From contig JBDRCH010000003.1 of NCBI GenBank assembly GCA_043821945.1, positions 1 through 51,898 of the forward strand: a stretch of DNA of 51,898 nucleotides, given 5' to 3'. The notes under the pieces are model-generated. The model was not told the origin of the DNA. It did not search any database and worked only from the letters and a program-made list of their open reading frames with translations. The position numbers and the translations under genes are program-made. The DNA comes from an archaeon (GTDB taxonomy: Archaea; Nanobdellota; Nanobdellia; Pacearchaeales; GW2011-AR1). This document shows positions 43,839 through 51,898 of this stretch, one piece after another (the stretch's first letter is position 1; every line of letters starts with the position of its first letter).

Positions 43839-45281
43839 TTAATATGACCGAGCAATGTATACCCAGTAATCTGCTTGTTTTCTAGTGATTATACATTTTT
43901 TGTTTTTTATTTGGGGTTGTTTATGAGGGCGATTAAGAGTTTTTGCTCCATTTGTTTTTTCTTTTAGAATATCTTCAACTTCTGGAGAATTTGAAAGTGG
44001 CACCAAAACTATTTTCCTGTTTTTTATTTTTTTAATGGCATCCTCCAAGTCCTCTGATTTTTCTAAGTTTTTATTAAGATTTTTTTCAGCATTAATGTAA
44101 AGAGTTCCTTGAATATTTTCTAATTCTTGTTTAGCTTGTTTTTTTATGTTTGCAAATTTTATTGGAGTTTTGTTGTTATTTGTTCTATTGACAAATATAA
44201 CTTGTTTTTTATCAAGGTCTTTTGGCCCTATTTCTATTCTAAGAGGTATTCCTTTTAATTCCCATTCGTTGAATTTATATCCTGGAGTTACTTCTGATCT
44301 TTCATCAAGAATTGGATTAAGAGAAGATAGTTGTTTTTTTATTTCTCTTGCTTTTTTCAGAATTTTTTCATTTTCTTGGAAATTTATTGGTATAATTATA
44401 ATCTTATTTGGTGCTAATTTTGGGGGGAGCACTAGCCCCTTGTTGTCTGAGTGGATTGCAAACATTATTCCGAGCATTCTTGTTGTTATTGCAAATGTGT
44501 TTTGCCAGACATATTGTTTTTTTTCATTTTTGTCTGTGAATTTTAAATCATAAGCTCTTGCGAAATTTTGTCCGTCGTGATGAAAATCAGGTCCTTGTAT
44601 TGCTTTTCCATTAGGAAGATATAATTCTAGAGAATCTGTGTATATTGCTCCTGCGAATTTTTCTTTGTCTGTTTTTCTTCCAAGTAAAAATGGAAGTGCC
44701 ATGTAATTTTTTAAAAAGTTTCCATATATTTTTAAGATTCTTTTTCCTTCATTTTCAGCTTGTTTTTGTGATGCAAAAATAGTGTGACCTTCGTTCCATA
44801 AAAATTCTCTTGTTCTGAAAAAAGGCACAGGATGTTTGAATTCCCATCTAACTACATTATTCCATAGATTAAGTCTTAGAGGAAGGTCTTTGTAGGATCT
44901 TATCCATTTTTTGATTGTCTCATAAATTATTGTTTCAGATGTGGGTCTTATTGCCAATTTTTCATTTAGTTTTGAGTTTCCTGCATGAGTTACCCATGCG
45001 ACTTCTGGCGTGAATCCTTTGAAATGTTGTTGTTCTTTACTTAAAACTCCTTCTGGAATAAACAAGGGAAAGTAAGCATTTTGCAAACCTTCTTTTTTGA
45101 AATCTTTATCAATGATGTTTACTAGTTTTTCCCATATTGAATAAGAAAGGGGTTTAAGGACAATGCACCCTGAAACTTTTGTGTAGTCTGCTAAATCTGT
45201 TTTTAATACAAGTTGTGTAAACCACTCTGAAAAATTTTCCTCTTTTTTTGCAGTGATTCCTTCTTGCTCTTTTTTTGACAT
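43839..45281 (-). CDS. proS: Proline--tRNA ligase (archaeal/eukaryotic type)
   Basis: FSEWF, RPTSET, RTREFLW.EGH, E.FAGA and C-terminal ARSY. Confidence 0.96.
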   Translation of the reverse strand: MSKKEQEGITAKKEENFSEWFTQLVLKTDLADYTKVSGCIVLKPLSYSIWEKLVNIIDKDFKKEGLQNAYFPLFIPEGVLSKEQQHFKGFTPEVAWVTHAGNSKLNEKLAIRPTSETIIYETIKKWIRSYKDLPLRLNLWNNVVRWEFKHPVPFFRTREFLWNEGHTIFASQKQAENEGKRILKIYGNFLKNYMALPFLLGRKTDKEKFAGAIYTDSLELYLPNGKAIQGPDFHHDGQNFARAYDLKFTDKNEKKQYVWQNTFAITTRMLGIMFAIHSDNKGLVLPPKLAPNKIIIIPINFQENEKILKKAREIKKQLSSLNPILDERSEVTPGYKFNEWELKGIPLRIEIGPKDLDKKQVIFVNRTNNNKTPIKFANIKKQAKQELENIQGTLYINAEKNLNKNLEKSEDLEDAIKKIKNRKIVLVPLSNSPEVEDILKEKTNGAKTLNRPHKQPQIKNKKCIITRKQADYWVYIARSY

Positions 45282-45305
45282 GTATTGTTAAATCAAAGTA
45301 TCTAT

Positions 45306-45942
45306 TTAAGTTTTCTTATTCTTAAAATAATTTTCAAAAATCTTTTCTAAAAACTCAACTTTAATTTCAATAGGTCTTCCACAATTCATTAATTCCCCTT
45401 TTTCTTTTAATAATATACTTAATTTTTCTGCTAAGAAATAGAGATTTATTGTATCTTGTTTGTTATATTCTAATAATTCTTCTAATGCTTGTAAATCATC
45501 TTTATCTAAATACTCTCTCCAAAGTTTTGTTGCAATTCTTCTTTTTTTTGATGATTCTTTTAATCTCGATATATTAAATGTATTTTCTAACACTTTTAGA
45601 TTTGTATTAAATCCTAATCTTCTTGAGAATCTGTATATATCAATTACAGGAATGTTTTTTGGGATTATATTTTGGAATTCTGAATTTATCTTTGGGATAT
45701 CGTGTTTTATTCCATTATATGTTATAAGTAAAGGGCAATTTTTAAGAGCATTTGAAAGATTTATAAAATTTAAATTTTTTCCTCTAAACTAACTGCAAAC
45801 ATTCAATAATACCTTCTTTTGGGGTATATAAGCCGATTACAGTAATTGGTCCTTTAATTCCATCTGTTTCAATATCAAGACATAATGATTTGTTTTTGAA
45901 TTTGTGATAGAGCGTATCCCAATATAGAAGTGGCTTAAGCAT
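45306..45942 (-). pseudogene. YprB-like RNase H-fold (DEDD) nuclease with a +1 frameshift at about 45786-45788
   Basis: ATG at 45942 gives MLKP…CLDIETDG…LQLV*. The shifted frame continues RGKNL…TYNG..HDIP…LLEYN.QD. Removing one base gives 211 aa. Confidence 0.8.
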
Positions 45943-46000
45943 TTTGTTTAATTAAGAAAAGAGAGTTTAAAATATTTGTTAAACAGATGTTTAAATAATT

Positions 46001-46864
46001 TTAAATTAAGGTTTGATTCAATACCTTTTGCGAGATATCATTGATGACTTCTCTTATGTAATTTGATTCTAAGGCAAATCCTAAACTTTCTCCTCCACCC
46101 ACCTTAAAGTTGTTTATTCCAATAACTTTTCCTTGTTTGTTAATTAAAGGTCCCCCTGAATTGCCTGGATTCAGTGCAGCGTCTGTTTGAATATATGCTT
46201 TAATTTCGTTTATTCCCGGTCTGTTTACTGCTGAAACAATTCCTTCTGAAATTGAGAATTGCAATCCTAAGGGATTTCCTATTGCAATTACTTTTTCTCC
46301 TATTCGAATTTGGTCCGAATTAGCAAGTTCTAATTCTTGATAGTTTCCTGAAATTTTTAATAATGCTATATCCAGATTTCCATCGTATCCAATGAATTCA
46401 GCATTTTTAGTTTCTTGCTCGTAGGTGATTGCATTAATTTTGATTCCTCCTGATAATACATGCGCGTTTGTAACAATATATCCCTCTTCTGTTATTATGA
46501 ATCCTGTTCCTTGTCCCACATTTGTTCTTATTGTCACAACAGACTTAACAGCTTCTTTTGCTATTCCTGAGAAGTCATCACCTGCTGTTGCTTTTAATTC
46601 ATCTATTTCCAGATTTAATGATTTATCTAAGCTGCTTAAATTTTCACTTACGCTTTTTTGGGTGTCGATTATGTTTGTTGTTAGTTCGTTTATCTTGCTT
46701 TGAGTATCTGTTTGTAATTCTGTTATTTGGTTTTCTAATTTATTATTGCTGATTTGTAATTGTGCGTATAAAAAATAAAGAAAAATTGTATTTGCTATTA
46801 GAACTATAATTAAGAGTGAACTAACTCCTCCAATCATTATTTTGTGGTGTTTTTTGAGTGGCAT
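46001..46864 (-). CDS. Membrane-anchored HtrA/DegP-like trypsin serine protease without PDZ domain
   Basis: GTGF, TNAHV, DIALLK, IGNP and QTDAALNPGNSGGPL; N-terminal TM helix plus coiled coil. Confidence 0.92.
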   Translation of the reverse strand: MPLKKHHKIMIGGVSSLLIIVLIANTIFLYFLYAQLQISNNKLENQITELQTDTQSKINELTTNIIDTQKSVSENLSSLDKSLNLEIDELKATAGDDFSGIAKEAVKSVVTIRTNVGQGTGFIITEEGYIVTNAHVLSGGIKINAITYEQETKNAEFIGYDGNLDIALLKISGNYQELELANSDQIRIGEKVIAIGNPLGLQFSISEGIVSAVNRPGINEIKAYIQTDAALNPGNSGGPLINKQGKVIGINNFKVGGGESLGFALESNYIREVINDISQKVLNQTLI

Positions 46865-46906
46865 TCTAATAGCAAATCTTAAAACTATAAAAAACTAACT
46901 CTTTTT

Positions 46907-46978
46907 AGGCTGGTCGTCTAATGGATAGGATATCAGGTTTCGGCCCTGCTGATGGGGGTTCGAATCCCTCCCAGCCTG
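46907..46978 (+). tRNA. tRNA-Arg(TCG)
   Basis: AGGCTGG/CCAGCCT acceptor, CAGG-TTTCGGC-CCTG anticodon arm, TTCGAAT T-loop. Confidence 0.85.
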
Positions 46979-47027
46979 TTTTTTTAGAAGGGTGATTTAG
47001 AAAATATAGAAATGAAAATTTTACTGA

Positions 47028-47486
47028 TTATTGATTTTTTGATTTACAATATTCTTTTAATGCTACTGAAAGAGTTTGATTATCATACCCGTTTTTTCTC
47101 ATCAAATCGCTGAATACAGCGTTTTTTCCAAGAATAGAAACCCAATTCCAAGAATATTTTGGAATATTTCTTTCTTTGAAATATTGATCAAAATACGGCT
47201 TGAATGTTCTATGAGCAGATGCATCTCTTTTTTGTATAGAATCTTGAATAATTAAATTAATTTTTTTATAGGGAGATTTATCCTTTTCTTGTGTAGAAGA
47301 TTGAATAACCTGTTGCACTCTATTTATTTTATTTTCTATACTATTCCCTATCATCAAGCCGAAACCACATGGAATACTTGATATCCCAATTCCAATTAAT
47401 ATGAGGTTTCTAAGAGAATTATTTCTAGGTTTAACTTTGTACATTGATTCTAATATTGGATTTTCAAATCTGTTTATTTTTCTCAT
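47028..47486 (-). CDS. Hypothetical single-TM protein
   Basis: 152-aa ORF with one hydrophobic segment. Confidence 0.6.
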   Translation of the reverse strand: MRKINRFENPILESMYKVKPRNNSLRNLILIGIGISSIPCGFGLMIGNSIENKINRVQQVIQSSTQEKDKSPYKKINLIIQDSIQKRDASAHRTFKPYFDQYFKERNIPKYSWNWVSILGKNAVFSDLMRKNGYDNQTLSVALKEYCKSKNQ

Positions 47487-47601
47487 AATTGTTCCACAAA
47501 TTTATCTTTTATAAATGTTTCTATCTATTACTATTATTTAGTAATAACTAATAACAAATTGTTTTCATTATGTTTTTATAGTATTGGGGATTAGAAGTTG
47601 C

Positions 47602-48870
47602 ATGGAAAAAGATATGAACTTTGGAGACCGAATTAAAATTATTTTTTCAAAAGAAGAATACGAAGGAATTTTGTTAGAGAGTCCTGAAAAAGGAATTGTT
47701 TTGTTGAAGCTTGATTCTGGATATAATATTGGTTTGAATAAGAAAGATATTTTAAATTTTAAATTGATAAAAAAAGCCAGAGAGATTGAAGATGTTGTGG
47801 AAATTAAGAAAGTTAAAGATAAACCTAATATTGCAATGATTATTACTGGTGGGACGATTGCTTCTTGTTTAGATCCTAAAACAGGAGGAGTGGATCCTTT
47901 GACTGATCCAAAAGACCTCTTTAAGTTTTATCCAGAGTTGTTTGACAAGGTTAATGTTATTAAAGTTGAAGTTCCCTTTATGAAAGCTTCAGAAGATATG
48001 AATTTTAAAGATTGGCAAAAGATTGCGAGAATTGCTGAGAAACTTTTGAATGATAATAATGTCAAGGGAATTATTGTTACTCATGGAACTGATTTTTTGA
48101 ATTATACTTCTGCTGTTTTGAGTTTTTTTCTTAGAAATTTGAATAAACCAGTGATTTTAACTTATTCTCAAAGAAGTATTGACAGGGCATCTTCTGATGC
48201 GAATCTAAATTTACAATGTTCTGCTTTGGCTGCAATTTCTGATATTGCAGAAGTAATGTTGGTTGGTCATGCGAACAGTGACGATGATTTTTGTTATGCA
48301 ATGCCAGGGGCAAAAGTGCGAAAGCTCCATACTTCAAGACGAGATGCATTCAAGGTTGTTAATTCAAAACCCTTTGCTAAAATTTTTAATGATAGAATTG
48401 AAAGAATTTCGAAATATAATTTAAGGGGAAAAAGTAAAAAAGTTAAATTGGATTTAAAATTTGAAGAAAAAGTTGCTTTGGTGAAAATTTATCCTGGGCA
48501 GGATCCGAATATTTTGGATTTTTATTTAAAGAATAAATATAAGGGAATTGTTTTAGAAATGGCTGGCTTGGGGCATGTTCCAATGAAAAAAGCAAATTTG
48601 AGCTGGATAAAAAAATTAATTGAAGTTCAGAAAAAAGGATTGATTGTCTGCGCTGCAGCCCAATGTATAAATGGAAGACTTGATCCATTAGTTTATTCTA
48701 ATGGCCGTGAACTTTTAGAAACAGGGATTATTTATTTAGAAGACATGCTTAGTGAAACTGCTTTGGTTAAGTTGGGATGGATTTTAGGTCATAAAGAATG
48801 GAAAAATAAAATTAAGGAAAAAATGCTTGAAAATATTGCTGGAGAATTAAATAAAAGATTAGAAGAATGA
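47602..48870 (+). CDS. gatD: Glu-tRNA(Gln) amidotransferase subunit D
   Basis: LKLDSGYNIG, TGGTIAS, HGTD, SQRS.DR.SSD, K.HTSRRDAF. Start at 47602 or 47614. Confidence 0.94.
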   Translation: MEKDMNFGDRIKIIFSKEEYEGILLESPEKGIVLLKLDSGYNIGLNKKDILNFKLIKKAREIEDVVEIKKVKDKPNIAMIITGGTIASCLDPKTGGVDPLTDPKDLFKFYPELFDKVNVIKVEVPFMKASEDMNFKDWQKIARIAEKLLNDNNVKGIIVTHGTDFLNYTSAVLSFFLRNLNKPVILTYSQRSIDRASSDANLNLQCSALAAISDIAEVMLVGHANSDDDFCYAMPGAKVRKLHTSRRDAFKVVNSKPFAKIFNDRIERISKYNLRGKSKKVKLDLKFEEKVALVKIYPGQDPNILDFYLKNKYKGIVLEMAGLGHVPMKKANLSWIKKLIEVQKKGLIVCAAAQCINGRLDPLVYSNGRELLETGIIYLEDMLSETALVKLGWILGHKEWKNKIKEKMLENIAGELNKRLEE

Positions 48871-49302
48871 TTATTTTTTCTTATATTTTCTTCTTAAAAG
48901 ATTTTTGATTTCTCTTATTTCTCTTTCTGCTTTTTTGTTAATTGCATAATCATATTGTGCTCTTTGCCTATCTCTTTGATTTTCTCTGTTTTGGCTCATT
49001 AAGATTATTGGAGCTTGAATTGCAGCTAAGCAGGATAAAACCAAATTTAGAAGTATGAATGGATAAGGATCCCAGGGTTCTCCAAGATTATATTTGTGAA
49101 GCATTGTCACATTGACATACATCCATAAAATTAGGAAAAAGAAGAATCCTATGATGAATATCCAACTTCCTGCCCACCTTGTTATCCAATCTGCGGATTT
49201 TTGCCCAAATGTCCTTGGTGATTTGAAAATAGGATGAATAGTTTGAACAAAATCTAATTTATCTTTTAATTTTTGTATTTTTTCTATTTCCTCTTTTTTC
49301 AT
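48871..49302 (-). CDS. DUF1003-family membrane protein
   Basis: GSW.FI and DPYPFILLNL.LS.LAA.QAPIILMSQNR. Confidence 0.9.
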   Translation of the reverse strand: MKKEEIEKIQKLKDKLDFVQTIHPIFKSPRTFGQKSADWITRWAGSWIFIIGFFFFLILWMYVNVTMLHKYNLGEPWDPYPFILLNLVLSCLAAIQAPIILMSQNRENQRDRQRAQYDYAINKKAEREIREIKNLLRRKYKKK

Positions 49303-49408
49303 GATTTAATATAGAATAAAAGAGTTATAAAGTTTTTGGGATCATGGGTGTTTGATGTTGTGTTATGATTGTTTAGGGGTGACAAATAGAAAAGTTTAAA
49401 AAGAATGA

Positions 49409-49858
49409 ATGCTCTATAATTTCATGAAAACAGAAAATTTATCTGAGAAATTCCCTGCTTTAAAGTTGGAAAACCTGAAAAATCTTGGAGAGTGTTCAAA
49501 TCAGTCTTTAGTGAATTTTGGAAAAGAGAGGATAGATTCTCTAAAAAAGTCGATTGATGAGCTTAATTTATTGATAGGCCAAAGAGAAAATTTGAGCAAG
49601 GATATCTTTAATGAAGGTGAGAAAATAAAGAACGAGATAACTAATTTTTTATTGTCAAATAAAGCTGAAGATGTAGAAGACCACAAAGAAAGAAATGGAT
49701 TGAGACAAAAGCAAATTGAAATTTCTGAACTGCAATTAAATGAAAAAGTTAATTGTTGGAGAGATGTGTCTCAGTTGAAAAAGGAGTTGAGAGAGAACCA
49801 GAAAGAACTTATTGAAAAAGAAGATCATATCAAAATGTTAAATGATATTTTAGAATAA
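49409..49858 (+). CDS. Coiled-coil hypothetical protein
   Basis: Charged heptad pattern; ends 1 bp before the ATPase gene. Start at 49409 or 49424. Confidence 0.7.
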   Translation: MLYNFMKTENLSEKFPALKLENLKNLGECSNQSLVNFGKERIDSLKKSIDELNLLIGQRENLSKDIFNEGEKIKNEITNFLLSNKAEDVEDHKERNGLRQKQIEISELQLNEKVNCWRDVSQLKKELRENQKELIEKEDHIKMLNDILE

Positions 49859-49859
49859 A

Positions 49860-51824
49860 ATGCAAGCACAAAGATTAACTGTTGAAGAATTATGCGTGAA
49901 ATTAAAACCAATATTTGGAAAAAGAATAGATGATATTTATTTGAAATACACTCTTGCTGGAAGAGATGAGAAGGAAAATTTGATTCAATATCTGAATGCT
50001 CTTTATCACAAGAACTTGACTGAATTATTGAATAATAAAGTTTTGTTAGAGCCTCCTTTGGAGAGAGTTATTGACGGAGAGTATCCTCTTGGAGTTGTTA
50101 GTTATGCTGATAGAAAACTTTTTCCATTTAAGTTAAGAGAAAAAGATTGGCCGAGGCATGTTTGTATTAGTGGAATGAGTGGAAGTGGAAAGACAACTTT
50201 TGCATTTAATATTCTTTGCAATTTTATTGAGAAAAATAAACCTTTTTTGGTTTTTGACTGGAAGAAAAGTTTTAGGCCTTTGATTAAAGTTAGTCCTGAT
50301 GTTATGTGTTTTACTATTGGAAACAAATCAGTTAGCAATTTATTTAAGATGAATATTAATCAACCTCCTAAAGGAATTGATCCTAAGGAATGGGTAAATG
50401 TATTATGTGATTTGCTTGTGGAAAGTTTTGCAGCTTCTTTTGGTGTGCATAAGGTTTTGCTTGAAACTCTTGATGAATCTTTTAAGGAATGGGGAGTTTA
50501 TGAGGGGTCTGAGAATTACCCTACTTGGGAGCATATCAAGTATAATTTAGAAGAGAAATCAAATAAATCAAAAGGAAGAGAATCTGGATGGTATGAAAGT
50601 GCTTTGCGTATAGCAAGTGTTTTGACTTTTGGTAATTTTGGTGAAATATGTAATTATAAAGGGGAGGGTAATTTGAGTGTTGAGGATTTATTGGATAAAA
50701 AAGTTATTCTTGAATTAAATGCTTTGAGTAATATTGAGAAGAAGTTTTTTTGCGAGTTTGTTTTGGCTTATATTTACAAGTTGAAGAAGGCGAGGCAAGA
50801 GAAATTAGAAGGGAAATTTGATTTTGCTATTTTGGTAGATGAGGCTCATAATATTTTTTTAAAAATGCCGACTCATTTTGTAGCAGAGTCTGTTACTGAC
50901 ATGATTTATAGAGAGATGAGAGAGTATGGAATAAGCTTGATTTGCTTGGATCAGCATATTTCTAAATTAAGTGATACTGTTAAGGGAAACAGTGCTTGTC
51001 ATGTTGCTTTTCAGCAGCAGCTTAATTCAGATATTATGGAGATAAGCAGTTTGATGCAGCTTCAAGGGTCGAGGAATTTTTTTTCAATGCTTCCTGTTGG
51101 TTCTGCTATTGTTAAATTATCTGAGAGATATACTTCACCATTTTTAATTGAGGTTTCTCCTTTTGAATTAAGAAAAGAGTCTATTACTGAAGAGGATCTT
51201 AAGAATAGAACTAGTAATTTGACTATGTCTATGAGTCTTCAGAAGGGGGATGATCCTGAGTTTGTTAAAGAGATAACTAGTGAGAAAAATATTATCAAGA
51301 AAGTTGAGAAATTTATTGAAGAGAAACCTGTTGCTGTGAAAAAAGTTAAGGTAAAAGCAAAAAAGCTTAAGAAATTAAATTCTGTTCAACAGGTTTTGTA
51401 TGATTTTGTAAAAGTAAAATTAGATAGTGGTAGAGATATTACTGAATTAGAGAATTTATTAGAGAGTGGAAGAGAAAGAGGAGGATATTCTATTTCAGAT
51501 ATTGGTGCTGTGATTAATCATGCTTTGGCTGAGAAATTTGGAGAAAATCATGTTTTTGAGGGAGAGCAAAAAATTTATAAAGTTGAGATACCTCTCAATA
51601 GTAGTAATATAAATTCAGAGCAGGAAATGTTTTTATCTTTTCTGCAAAAAAACTCTGACGGGAATTATGGAACTGTTGATATTTACAAACAATTAGGATT
51701 ATCAGCAAGAAAAGGAAATAAGATCAAGAATGAACTATTGGACCAAAATAAGATCAGAGTTGAAGAAATAAGAAATGACAAAGGATGGAAGAAAATTATT
51801 AGATTGAGTGCACCTTTGTTTTAA
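49860..51824 (+). CDS. HerA/FtsK-superfamily (DUF87-like) ATPase with a C-terminal winged-helix-like domain
   Basis: H..I.GMSGSGKT Walker A, FDWK, ILVDEAH Walker B, REMREYG….DQ; C-terminal IYKQLGLS.RKGNKIK.EL. Confidence 0.85.
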   Translation: MQAQRLTVEELCVKLKPIFGKRIDDIYLKYTLAGRDEKENLIQYLNALYHKNLTELLNNKVLLEPPLERVIDGEYPLGVVSYADRKLFPFKLREKDWPRHVCISGMSGSGKTTFAFNILCNFIEKNKPFLVFDWKKSFRPLIKVSPDVMCFTIGNKSVSNLFKMNINQPPKGIDPKEWVNVLCDLLVESFAASFGVHKVLLETLDESFKEWGVYEGSENYPTWEHIKYNLEEKSNKSKGRESGWYESALRIASVLTFGNFGEICNYKGEGNLSVEDLLDKKVILELNALSNIEKKFFCEFVLAYIYKLKKARQEKLEGKFDFAILVDEAHNIFLKMPTHFVAESVTDMIYREMREYGISLICLDQHISKLSDTVKGNSACHVAFQQQLNSDIMEISSLMQLQGSRNFFSMLPVGSAIVKLSERYTSPFLIEVSPFELRKESITEEDLKNRTSNLTMSMSLQKGDDPEFVKEITSEKNIIKKVEKFIEEKPVAVKKVKVKAKKLKKLNSVQQVLYDFVKVKLDSGRDITELENLLESGRERGGYSISDIGAVINHALAEKFGENHVFEGEQKIYKVEIPLNSSNINSEQEMFLSFLQKNSDGNYGTVDIYKQLGLSARKGNKIKNELLDQNKIRVEEIRNDKGWKKIIRLSAPLF

Positions 51825-51898
51825 TATCACTATCACATTCATTTAATCAACTTAAACACAATGTAAAAACCGGAATAACCCAATTTTGGGATATTTCA

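Noticed and set aside
378-50338. Many short antisense or alternate-frame ORFs in the track (for example 378..605, 1791..2165, 4313..4711, 11229..11504, 44146..44553, 45460..45792)
   Set aside because: They lie wholly opposite or within well-supported genes and show no motifs; treated as shadow ORFs.
46907-51898. Integrated element starting at tRNA-Arg(TCG)
   Set aside because: No integrase or att duplication seen, and the housekeeping gene gatD lies within the span.

Overview
AT-rich archaeal chromosomal window read with the standard genetic code. The gene content (TFB, TFE, eS1, eS8, eS17, eL42, Sm protein, EndA, GatD, deoxyhypusine synthase) and compact layout point to a small-genome DPANN archaeon, probably Pacearchaeota/Woesearchaeota-like; the taxon is an inference. 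Housekeeping content includes seven tRNA genes (Thr, Val, Leu, two Arg, a CAT tRNA, and Cys with a BHB intron), GlyRS, LeuRS, ProRS and a frameshifted AlaRS. The strongest candidate for a new system is at about 6990-15204: an unannotated ribbon-helix-helix-like ORF with an operator-like repeat array leads an operon encoding a class III (type IV pilin-like) signal-peptide protein and a 2049-aa secreted Cys-rich protein. That giant protein ends in a lytic transglycosylase (SLT) domain, a candidate bacterial-cell-wall-attacking surface enzyme in an organism expected to lack peptidoglycan. Other notable features: a four-gene surface cluster resembling a donor-strand pilus (1-5093), palindromic elements tied to tRNA genes, a promoter-bearing copy of the tRNA-Cys 5' end, adjacent DisA and DHH genes, and unusual aminoacyl-tRNA synthetase architectures. 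All family assignments come from motif recognition by eye; no searches were run.
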